The notes under the pieces: generated by a model
The model's input: the letters and a program-made list of their open reading frames with translations, nothing else
Told to the model about the DNA's origin: nothing
Database searches by the model: none
Shown here: positions 38,353 through 46,539 of the stretch, piece by piece
Position numbering within the stretch: position 1 is the first letter of the stretch
How the letters are laid out: the number at the start of each line of letters is the position of its first letter
Origin: an uncultured Dehalococcoidia bacterium
Lineage (GTDB): Bacteria; Chloroflexota; Dehalococcoidia; Lucifugimonadales; UBA3495
Length of the DNA stretch: 64,000 nucleotides
Reading direction: 5' to 3'
Assembly: GCA_964343075.1 (NCBI GenBank)
Contig: CAYFGT010000002.1
Location: 89,964 to 153,963 of the forward strand
Program-made: the position numbers and the translations under genes

Positions 38353-38356
38353 TTGT

Positions 38357-38707
38357 ATGAATAGGATATTATTAAAATTAAACAGAGTTTGTTTCTGGAT
38401 CGTGGTAGTGGCCGCTTTAACATCAATGGTTGGCGCTACAGGTCTCCCGTTTGTAAGTCAAACTGGAGAGATATATTCGGAATTCGACAAAGTAAATCCA
38501 GAAAGGATTTACAGTAGTGCAGTTGCCGATATCGAAGATGTTAGAGCTAACAATCGTAACAATATAAATAAGACTTACGTTGCACGGGCTTATGTGTTGA
38601 CTAAGACAATGGCATCCATGTCTGAGCAGTTAGCGTTGCTTTGGGCTGTTTCTTTTATACTGTTAGGCATATTATTACAATATTCTTACTACCATATGCG
38701 CAAATGA
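38357..38707 (+). CDS. Hypothetical two-TM membrane protein
   Basis: Hydrophobic N- and C-terminal helices around a polar loop; 4 nt after the LLM gene. Confidence 0.55.
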   Translation: MNRILLKLNRVCFWIVVVAALTSMVGATGLPFVSQTGEIYSEFDKVNPERIYSSAVADIEDVRANNRNNINKTYVARAYVLTKTMASMSEQLALLWAVSFILLGILLQYSYYHMRK

Positions 38708-38735
38708 ATTCTGGTTTATGGATCGTAGTATAGTA

Positions 38736-38758
38736 TCTTGAGTTACTCAAGAGTTTTT
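38736..38758 (+). terminator. Possible weak intrinsic terminator for the + strand genes, overlapping the copCD stop
   Basis: TCTTGAG-TTA-CTCAAGA followed by GTTTTT. Confidence 0.3.
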
Positions 38759-40995
38759 ATGTAATTCACGAGGTGCCATATTTCTTCATCGGCTAGTATT
38801 GATTCGTGAGGATACATACTAGTACCCTCTTTACCGTATTTGATTATAGAAAATAGTTCGTGATCAGTGTGCAATGGCACGTGGACTAATAAATTATTAG
38901 CATCTTTTTCTGGTACTGGTCTGAGTGTTTCGTATAATGGACCGTCTCCCTTACCTGTTAGTCCGTGGCATGCAACACAATTTTCCCTGTAGATGTTTTT
39001 CCCTATTTGCACAGAAATAGAATCTGGAATCATTGGATTGGTCACTTGATTGTTTAATTCAATCGTGCGCGAATAAATAGAAATTCCTAAGCCTATTAAG
39101 ACTCCAGTAATTCCGATCGTCAAATATAGGCGTCCATATTTATTCTGCCAGCCTCCGCTAGCAATACTTAAGATTAAGAGAGAAATGCCTACGACTAAGA
39201 TTGTTAAACCGAACAAGATTCTCCCAACAAAAATATCTATTTCGCCAAATGAAGGATTGCTGCCACCTATGCTTTCTCTAAAAGCAAATCTAGAATCAAG
39301 TCCAGAAGATTTTTGTATAAGGATTTCAAATTGCCAAATTCCCTCGAGGTTAAGCATTAATGGGTCAGTTTCGTATATCCCTTGGTCTGTTAAGTATGCG
39401 TAGAGAGTTGTATTGCCTACGTCTTCATTTAGGTATGTTGATTTTATGATTACATTCGCTGCGTTTTGGATGGGGTTTCCCGTAAGATCTTGAAGATTAA
39501 GGCTTATGGAATTTAATCCCAGTGAACCGGGGATAATAGCCATGTCCAGATTTACTCCTTGCTCATATTGCTCGAATTGAATTTGGTCTGACAGGATGGT
39601 CTGTGAGCTTTTCGCAGGTTCTAAGGACTTTAAAAACCCTACTGAAATGATAATGAATAGGATTAAAATGGATTCGACAGTAATTAGGTATATGGCTATT
39701 CGGGTCATAGATGTCGGATTTTTGAGGAACTTGATAATGACATAGGTATTGATGCCTGCGATGATAATAGCGAGGCTGATTAAGGTTATTTTGGTCAAAA
39801 GAGATATACCGTAGAGAGTAAATAAAGCTTCCGGTTTATTCACTTGCATCCATCCCACATATAGGCCTGTTATGCTCAGCAGTGCGATTGATAAAATCCC
39901 GATGTTTCTGAATTTAAAAAATGATAGTTTAATAAAATCAGACAAATTAGCGGAGGAGAGCTTTTTTCTTAAGCAATAAGAATAAACCGTTAACGTTATA
40001 ATACTACCGGTCCAAATACTACTGAATATTACGTGCAGTATATTTATTATGACCCCTTGGAAATATAGGCTGCTAATAGATGCATTGTGTCCAGATAAAC
40101 TATGAGCTACAAAAAAAACAACACCAGTGGCTATGACCAAGTATTGTAAACCTACGGATTCCTGGTTTTTTTTGTTCGCTTGTTGGTAGCGGTAGATCGC
40201 ATAGCTTACTGGCAAGGTTAATAGGATGAAGAGTTTAGCCCAGGCCAGTTTACCCCAAGTAGTGTCGAAAAATACGTTTATCAAAGAATTTAGAAAGAAA
40301 TTGAAAGTGGAGACTTCATATAATGATGAGACATGAAGGATCAATTGGATAGAAGATCCGGTTAAAGTCACAACAAACCCTATTAATAAGAGCATATTTC
40401 TTGGAACCAAAGTTATTTCCCAAACGCTATTCTTTGTATGATCTGACATATTTAGTGAGATCGGTTTGAGAATCACCAGGTTGAAAAATGCAGTCCCAAA
40501 TAACAATAAAATTCCAATTAAGATTATCGATTTTACGACTGGCTCCATATCGTACAAAAATACTGATTCTTCTGTAGAAAATGAGGAAGTAGATAATGGT
40601 TCGCCTACTGAGTAAAAATAGCTCCCTCGTACTTTGTGCCCATCGATTGTGGATACATTTTTCCATATAACTGTGTAAGTACCATTAGAGCTTTCTGGCA
40701 AGGTTACACTTAGAGATGTTGGATCGCTTGGGTTTAGTTTGCTATCTCTATTATCTACTTGTTTGCCTTGAGTATCATATACTTTGATAGAGCTTAGATT
40801 TTGAGACAATGTTTCTGTGAATTTGAGGATTATTACTTGGGGACTGGTGTCTAATACACTGTTTTGCTTAGGGTCTGCATCAATCAAATTAGCGTGGCTA
40901 TACACTATACTGGATGAATTAAAGGTAATATAAATTGCAAAAAGGCTGCATAGGGTTATGAAGCCTATCCAGAATTTGACCGGAATGAGTTTCAT
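38743..40995 (-). CDS. CopC-CopD-YtkA-like-cytochrome c fusion (copper uptake/handling)
   Basis: VYS|HANLIDADP and STIDGH (CopC); AHSLSGH, HVIFSSIWTG, YGISLLTK (CopD); LNLEGIWQFEI (YtkA-like); CVACH and M.PH (cyt c); ATG 40995 preferred over track start 41091. Confidence 0.88.
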   Translation of the reverse strand: MKLIPVKFWIGFITLCSLFAIYITFNSSSIVYSHANLIDADPKQNSVLDTSPQVIILKFTETLSQNLSSIKVYDTQGKQVDNRDSKLNPSDPTSLSVTLPESSNGTYTVIWKNVSTIDGHKVRGSYFYSVGEPLSTSSFSTEESVFLYDMEPVVKSIILIGILLLFGTAFFNLVILKPISLNMSDHTKNSVWEITLVPRNMLLLIGFVVTLTGSSIQLILHVSSLYEVSTFNFFLNSLINVFFDTTWGKLAWAKLFILLTLPVSYAIYRYQQANKKNQESVGLQYLVIATGVVFFVAHSLSGHNASISSLYFQGVIINILHVIFSSIWTGSIITLTVYSYCLRKKLSSANLSDFIKLSFFKFRNIGILSIALLSITGLYVGWMQVNKPEALFTLYGISLLTKITLISLAIIIAGINTYVIIKFLKNPTSMTRIAIYLITVESILILFIIISVGFLKSLEPAKSSQTILSDQIQFEQYEQGVNLDMAIIPGSLGLNSISLNLQDLTGNPIQNAANVIIKSTYLNEDVGNTTLYAYLTDQGIYETDPLMLNLEGIWQFEILIQKSSGLDSRFAFRESIGGSNPSFGEIDIFVGRILFGLTILVVGISLLILSIASGGWQNKYGRLYLTIGITGVLIGLGISIYSRTIELNNQVTNPMIPDSISVQIGKNIYRENCVACHGLTGKGDGPLYETLRPVPEKDANNLLVHVPLHTDHELFSIIKYGKEGTSMYPHESILADEEIWHLVNYIKTLE

Positions 40996-41159
40996 TTCAC
41001 TCGTTTGCCCTTCACGCCTAGAATTGCAAGAACTATGGATGCGATTAGTCCTATGAATAGGATCCCATAAAAAATTTCGTCCCAATACCAATATTGACCA
41101 TGTAGAAGAAAAATCATATTTACAGCCTTAATAATAGTCCTAGTTAAATTGTATATTAA

Positions 41160-41201
41160 ATTGAGTTATCTGGCTCAGTAGTGCAGGACAGATAACTCAA
41201 T
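41160..41201. promoter_or_regulatory. Perfect 13-bp inverted repeat with 16-nt spacer (RNA stem or operator)
   Basis: ATTGAGTTATCTG (41160-41172) and CAGATAACTCAAT (41189-41201). Confidence 0.6.
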
Positions 41202-41213
41202 CTCATTTAGGGG

Positions 41214-42224
41214 TTATTTTTTTCTAAACTGCAAAGCTAAGCTTAAGCAGCTGATTACGATACCAACGGCACCAATAATAAAGCTAATTAACACCCAGGT
41301 ATTTATCGTGTCAGAACGCATTAATGCTAATTGAGACGTTTTGGTTGCTTCTGTGATTGCACCTGTGATTTCCCTGTCCGAAGTCAATTTTTGAGGGAAT
41401 TGGATGGCAGTAGGTGGGATAATGTCATCGAAATCACCTCCGCCTCCCATGGATACAAAAGTTTCATCTATTTGAGTGCCATGGATGGTTCCATATACCC
41501 TAATTTCATATACTCCTGGACTAGTTGGTATGAATGGCGAAGTATATCTTCCGGGGTTATCAGCATCTTCGCTTAAATTCAGGATTATAGAAGACTGGCT
41601 ACTAACATGTATCAATTCAGTTTTGAGGGTTTCAGATAATCCGGATATTGGCTGTTTTTCAATGTTATTAGAAGTCATTACACCACTGGTTATGGCGTGT
41701 AATTCTTGGCTGTGATTAACCCAGATGATGGTGGTTCCAGGTTGTATATGAATGTTTGGTGGCATCAGAGAGGTTTCATGAATCATTATTTTAACCTCTC
41801 CCGCATCCCCCTCATTGGATACCTGAATGGTGCCAGTGATATCGTGATTCATGTGATCGTGATACGGAATCTCAACATTGTTGATATCTTTTGAAATGGT
41901 GGTGGAAAAATCGTCTCCAGATGACAATACTTCGCTTGCGAAAATCGCTCCATGCGCTTTGACATCCATATCAGTATGACCGTGTGAGTGATGGTCGTGG
42001 TCATGGTGGCCGTCACTATGTGTCTCTTCTTTCGGTGGTTTCCCTGTAATCTTAAGTTCTATGGCATTGATGATGCCTTCGTAAGCTGGCTCAATTTCAA
42101 ATCCTATGACGAAGTTGAAGTCGTTTACGTCTCTACCTCCATGGGCATATATATCATTTGAAGGTATCCAAGAAAATAATATAGCGGCACACGACAATAC
42201 GAATAAAAATTTAATATATTTCAT
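41214..42224 (-). CDS. Exported, C-terminally anchored His-rich protein with inserted circularly permuted cupredoxin-like domain
   Basis: Signal ending IYA|H; HSDGHHDHDHHSHGH tract; cupredoxin C-half precedes N-half; PGRYTSPFIPTSPGVY (YtkA-like); C-terminal TM; AAGGAG RBS. Confidence 0.75.
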   Translation of the reverse strand: MKYIKFLFVLSCAAILFSWIPSNDIYAHGGRDVNDFNFVIGFEIEPAYEGIINAIELKITGKPPKEETHSDGHHDHDHHSHGHTDMDVKAHGAIFASEVLSSGDDFSTTISKDINNVEIPYHDHMNHDITGTIQVSNEGDAGEVKIMIHETSLMPPNIHIQPGTTIIWVNHSQELHAITSGVMTSNNIEKQPISGLSETLKTELIHVSSQSSIILNLSEDADNPGRYTSPFIPTSPGVYEIRVYGTIHGTQIDETFVSMGGGGDFDDIIPPTAIQFPQKLTSDREITGAITEATKTSQLALMRSDTINTWVLISFIIGAVGIVISCLSLALQFRKK

Positions 42225-42226
42225 AA

Positions 42227-42274
42227 TACTCCTTTAAGTTTATGTTTTGTATAAAACTACTGATTAAGGAGCTA
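42227..42274 (-). promoter_or_regulatory. Predicted SD-sequestering mRNA hairpin joining the end of the uORF to the RBS of the next gene
   Basis: mRNA arm UAGCUCCUUAA (42274-42264) pairs with UUAAAGGAGUA (42237-42227), 10 bp with two bulges; inner GUUUU-AUAC-AAAAC stem in the loop. Confidence 0.6.
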
Positions 42275-42704
42275 CTGGAGGCCTTTGTTTTACCAATGCT
42301 GGTACTTCTAAGAGAATATCCCAAGGATTGTAATAGTAATCTAGTAACGGATTATTTATATCGCTTTGATAAGAAAGTTTGATCCATTTCCAAATCAGAG
42401 TTAAACCTATAAACCCTGTGGTGACCCCGCTATTTGGGATAAATTCAATTGAGGGTTGGGAGTCTAAAGGGTCACTTGAGAGTATGTTGATTGAACCCGT
42501 CTGTGGATGGATATGCATTAATTCGTAATTATGTGTGTGATCTGCAGTGTGAGGCAGATGAGGATGATTGGGATATAGTTCAAATGCGTGATGATCGATT
42601 AAAGGAGTTAGCAATTGGCACAAAAGAGTGACGATAAATACGATAGATATCGTTGTTATTTTATTACTAGGATCACTAACTGGTAGATAACCATGTAAGT
42701 ACAT
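42264..42704 (-). CDS. His-rich membrane-targeted upstream ORF ending KQRPPVAP, candidate metal-sensing arrest/leader peptide
   Basis: Hydrophobic ITTISIVFIVTLLCQLLTPLI; 9 His in 31 aa; second hydrophobic stretch; Pro-rich end; start uncertain (42704 or track 42776). Confidence 0.65.
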   Translation of the reverse strand: MYLHGYLPVSDPSNKITTISIVFIVTLLCQLLTPLIDHHAFELYPNHPHLPHTADHTHNYELMHIHPQTGSINILSSDPLDSQPSIEFIPNSGVTTGFIGLTLIWKWIKLSYQSDINNPLLDYYYNPWDILLEVPALVKQRPPVAP

Positions 42705-43151
42705 ATTAGGCGGAACTCTACAAAAATCGGATACTAAGATAATCTCAATTATATAGTATGCTTTTTTAAGATGCATCTAATTTACGAATTACATCAAGTT
42801 AATGGTCATATGCTAGGTTATATTGTTGTAATTACTGATTGATTGACGACTTTCATTTCCTGGAATACGGTATCTTCGTTCGATGCAAAACAAGATTACG
42901 GATTTAGTTATTTTGACGTCTCTAAAACATAAAAATTTGGTATGGAAAACTGATATTGTTTGCAGTATTATGTCTATATGAAGTGATTAATTCTTGTTGA
43001 TTGGAGCTAATAATTTAATAGTTGATATTGCCCAGAGAGTCACGCAAATGGAATGTGATATTTGGCCAAATGAAACAAGGTTAGTATTGACTAACTGGCT
43101 ATGTTAGGGTAGGCTAATTTTTAACCGCACTTTGATCCTAGAGTTTCATGT

Positions 43152-43181
43152 TTGACAATGGGAATGATTCTCATTTAGAAT
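43152..43181 (+). promoter_or_regulatory. Sigma70-type promoter with Fur-family-like box in the spacer
   Basis: TTGACA (43152-57), 18-nt spacer, TAGAAT (43176-81); AATGA-TTC-TCATT palindrome at 43163-43175. Confidence 0.6.
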
Positions 43182-43298
43182 GCGGAAGGTTAATGTCTGA
43201 GTCGAATTTAATGGCTTTTAAGAGTGAAGGCAGATCGATAAGACAGCAGGATAATCACTGAATGAAATTATCTATTTATTATTTGAGGCGGCTAATTT

Positions 43299-44030
43299 AT
43301 GCATATATTGTTGTGCGATGATCAACAATCTCTAGAGAAACTCGACCCTGTGCTTACCATATCTGGTTACTCTGTTCTTAAATCTGAAGATGGAATATCT
43401 GCTTTAAGAGAGTTTTTAATAAGTGAGCCGGAGCTGGTTATAACAAATTTGAAACTCCAGTATATGGATGGCCTAGAATTAACAAGAAGAATTCGAGAAC
43501 GATCAGACGCTCCAATTATAGGTCTGTCTGATACCAACGATGTGGACGCCAAGATTGAAGCATTTAATGCAGGAGTGACAGATTTTCTGCTGAAACCAGT
43601 TTATGAGAAAGAATTATTGGGTAGGGTTGATGCGTGCCTGTTACGGCTTGGTAAGAATGTTAAACCTATGAGTAAATACGAAGATGATCTATTGTTAATG
43701 GATTTTGTGAAACGAGAAGTTAAAATCAAAAATTCTAAAATAGATTTGACTCGCACCGAATACAACTTATTATCTTTACTAGTGAAGAGGAACTCTCAGG
43801 CATTATCTCTTGAGTTTTTATTAGCTAATGTGTGGGGCAGAGAATACGATACGTTTGATCTGGTTAAATGGCATATCAGTAATTTACGGAAGAAAATACG
43901 GAAATTGAGTGGTGATCAGAACCCGATTGTAACCGTGCGCGGATATGGTTACATCTACGATAGTTCAGAGATAAGTACACCTAAAAACTCTTACGATGTG
44001 ATGTCGGGTTATAGGAATAAGGCTAGCTAA
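43299..44030 (+). CDS. Orphan OmpR/PhoB-family response regulator, atypical receiver (Asp to Asn)
   Basis: ILLCDD...LVITNLKL..MDG, DFLLKP; wHTH LTRTEYNLL, LLANVWG, HISNLRKKI, TVRGYGY. Confidence 0.9.
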   Translation: MHILLCDDQQSLEKLDPVLTISGYSVLKSEDGISALREFLISEPELVITNLKLQYMDGLELTRRIRERSDAPIIGLSDTNDVDAKIEAFNAGVTDFLLKPVYEKELLGRVDACLLRLGKNVKPMSKYEDDLLLMDFVKREVKIKNSKIDLTRTEYNLLSLLVKRNSQALSLEFLLANVWGREYDTFDLVKWHISNLRKKIRKLSGDQNPIVTVRGYGYIYDSSEISTPKNSYDVMSGYRNKAS

Positions 44031-44057
44031 ACACTAACGATTCTGTGAGATTAATAT

Positions 44058-45101
44058 ATGAGATTAGCCACTTTATCGCACATTCCCTGGCCGTCAAACA
44101 ATTTAGATCCTCAAGCATTAATGGCTAACGCCTGCGACGAAGTAGTACTAGCAGAAACTTTGGGGTTTGATAGTGCATGGTTTGCTGAACATCATTTCTC
44201 GAGATATGGGTTAGGATCATCTTCTCTTATGGTTCTTTCCCATATAGCAGCAATGACGACAACTATAAAACTTGGTACAGCTGTGATATTACCGACGTTA
44301 CACAACCCTATAAGACTTGCCGAGGACACTGCCACATTGGACGTTTTAAGTAATGGCAGATTAAAAATTGGATTCGGAAGAGGTACTGAAGGATATGAAT
44401 ACTATGGATACAATGTTGATTGGGAGCAAAGTCAACGACGATTCAGAGAAACCATACAAATTGTGAAAAATCTTTGGACGCAAGAGGATTTTGAGTATGA
44501 AGGAGAATTCCACACTATACCTAAAACCAATTTGGTTCCTAGGCCGTTGCAAGCTCCGCACCCTGCAGTATATATAGCGGCAACTCGTACGCCAGAAACA
44601 CTTAAATATGCTATAGATTCCGGGTATCCTATATTGAGTGGCCCCGTGGCTGATACAGGGGATGCTTTGAGTATGTGCAATAATTATATTGAAGTTGCAT
44701 CCGCCACCAATATGAAAGTCGATATTTCAGAGATCCCATTTTTTAGGTATGTTTATGTAGGACATTCTGAAGACCAGGTCAGAATCGATACAGAGATTCC
44801 TTTGCAATGGACTTTTGATATGATCAGATGGCGACGATCATTATTGACCGAAAGTGAAGTTAATCAAGATATGCAACAGTGGCGTTTACAAAATGATATT
44901 GAGTCTTCGAAATTTGAAGACCTGATTGAAAATAGAGTAATTGTAGGTACGCCTGATCAATGCATTGAAAAAATACTTAAATTGAAAGAAAACGGGATAC
45001 AGTATTTTGGCTGTAATTTTGCGTTTGGTGGACTATCACATGAAAAAGTAAAAGAAGGCATGAAATTATTTGCTTCTGAAGTAATTCCTCATATCAAATA
45101 G
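44058..45101 (+). CDS. Luciferase-like (LLM) flavin-dependent monooxygenase
   Basis: GFDSAWFAEHHF, HNPIRLAEDTATLDVLSNGR, IVGTPDQC. Confidence 0.9.
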   Translation: MRLATLSHIPWPSNNLDPQALMANACDEVVLAETLGFDSAWFAEHHFSRYGLGSSSLMVLSHIAAMTTTIKLGTAVILPTLHNPIRLAEDTATLDVLSNGRLKIGFGRGTEGYEYYGYNVDWEQSQRRFRETIQIVKNLWTQEDFEYEGEFHTIPKTNLVPRPLQAPHPAVYIAATRTPETLKYAIDSGYPILSGPVADTGDALSMCNNYIEVASATNMKVDISEIPFFRYVYVGHSEDQVRIDTEIPLQWTFDMIRWRRSLLTESEVNQDMQQWRLQNDIESSKFEDLIENRVIVGTPDQCIEKILKLKENGIQYFGCNFAFGGLSHEKVKEGMKLFASEVIPHIK

Positions 45102-45105
45102 TTTA

Positions 45106-46539
45106 TTACTTTCGGAATATGGTTGCTATTAGTCCGATTGACAAAACTACGAACAGAGTAAAAAAGGTTGCATGAAGTCCAGTCATGAATGCTCCCGACA
45201 TTTCGGGAGTGATATTATCCAGATTGGATCCGAGGTTATTCATCTGAAAACTTAGTACTATGATGCTTGTTGTAACTGACATGCTGATTACATTGGCTGA
45301 ATTTCTAACAAGTTGAGTCATAGCAGACATGACCCCGAATTTAGTTTTGTCTACTTCATTCAAAATTGAGCTGTTATTTGGAGAATTGAAAATCCCATTG
45401 CCTGCAGTTTGCAGCATTAACATAGGGATTAAAAATATAAGTGGTGACGCATCTGATACCCATATAGATAACGACAAGCATGCCACTATTGATAAACTAA
45501 GCCCCATTATCGTAAAGGATTTCCATCCAAATTTGTCTGATAAGTATCCACTAAGGGGCGATAACACAGCCATACATATTGCAGGAGGTATCATTGATAA
45601 TCCTACAATTAAAGGTTCCAAATTTAGAATTTTTTGCATGTAAAAAGGCATAATAAATCTAACCCCACCAGTTCCAAAAAATGAAATCCAACTTGATAGG
45701 AATCCTAATCCTATAATGGGATTTGTAAATAACTTCACATCAAGCATTGGTGAAGCAACCTTTGTTTCGACATAAATAAATAACAACAGGAGCCCAATAA
45801 GAAACACTGCTCCGCCTAAAATAGGAACCGAACCCCAACCGTATTCTGTTACTCTGTTAAATAGTAATAGTATGCCGACTAAGAAAATTGTTGAAATTAT
45901 TGATCCTTTCCAGTCGAAAGGATTGTCTTTAAGGTCTATATTATCATTGCTCCTTAGTCCCATGATTATTATTGCAGTAAGCACCGCAATTAATGAGACA
46001 GGAATATTTATTATGAAAACAGATTTCCATCCAAAAAGGTCTACTAATAATCCACCTAATGCAGGCCCGGTTATGAGTCCTGTTCCGACAACACTCAGAT
46101 GACTTCCAAGCGCTTTACCACGTTCTGATGCAGGAAAAGTTGACACTATCATCGCTATAGCATTGCCTTGGATCATTGCCGATCCAGAGCCTTGCAATAT
46201 TTTGGACAAAATTACCATGATCAATTCGGACGATATCGAAGCGAGGAGTGAAGCAAAGGCAAAAATTAATAATCCGAGAATATATATTCGGTTTTTGCCT
46301 AAATAATCTCCTAATCTACCCATAGGTAGTAGAAGGGCACTAATAGTCAACAAATATCCAGTTACTACCCATTGTACTGCTGGCAGTTCACTACCAAAAT
46401 GAGTCTGCATAACTGGTAATGCCACCAATACGCTTCCATGATCTACTACTGATATAAATGTCCCTATGGCTATACTAAAAAATACGAGCCATTTGTAGTA
46501 TTTGTTTCGCCTAAGAGCGTCAATCAAGGAAGACATCAA
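45106..46539 (-). CDS. MFS transporter, DHA2 family
   Basis: GRLGDYLG, ERGKALG, GPALGGLL, W..VFIINIP, DWKG. Confidence 0.9.
   Translation of the reverse strand: MMSSLIDALRRNKYYKWLVFFSIAIGTFISVVDHGSVLVALPVMQTHFGSELPAVQWVVTGYLLTISALLLPMGRLGDYLGKNRIYILGLLIFAFASLLASISSELIMVILSKILQGSGSAMIQGNAIAMIVSTFPASERGKALGSHLSVVGTGLITGPALGGLLVDLFGWKSVFIINIPVSLIAVLTAIIIMGLRSNDNIDLKDNPFDWKGSIISTIFLVGILLLFNRVTEYGWGSVPILGGAVFLIGLLLLFIYVETKVASPMLDVKLFTNPIIGLGFLSSWISFFGTGGVRFIMPFYMQKILNLEPLIVGLSMIPPAICMAVLSPLSGYLSDKFGWKSFTIMGLSLSIVACLSLSIWVSDASPLIFLIPMLMLQTAGNGIFNSPNNSSILNEVDKTKFGVMSAMTQLVRNSANVISMSVTTSIIVLSFQMNNLGSNLDNITPEMSGAFMTGLHATFFTLFVVLSIGLIATIFRK

Noticed and set aside
2274-42776. Longer N-termini in the ORF track (3683, 7900, 10106, 13391, 27019, 37435, 41091, 42776)
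   Set aside because: Downstream ATGs generally fit RBS position, signal peptides or domain starts better; the uORF start (42704 versus 42776) remains unresolved.
42883-42981. 32-aa + strand ORF (MQNKITDLV...) in the regulatory gap
   Set aside because: No RBS or motif; expected by chance.
42777-43150. CsoR, CueR or CopY operator upstream of the copper locus
   Set aside because: No GC-tract CsoR palindrome, TACAnnTGTA cop box or MerR-type long-spacer dyad recognised.
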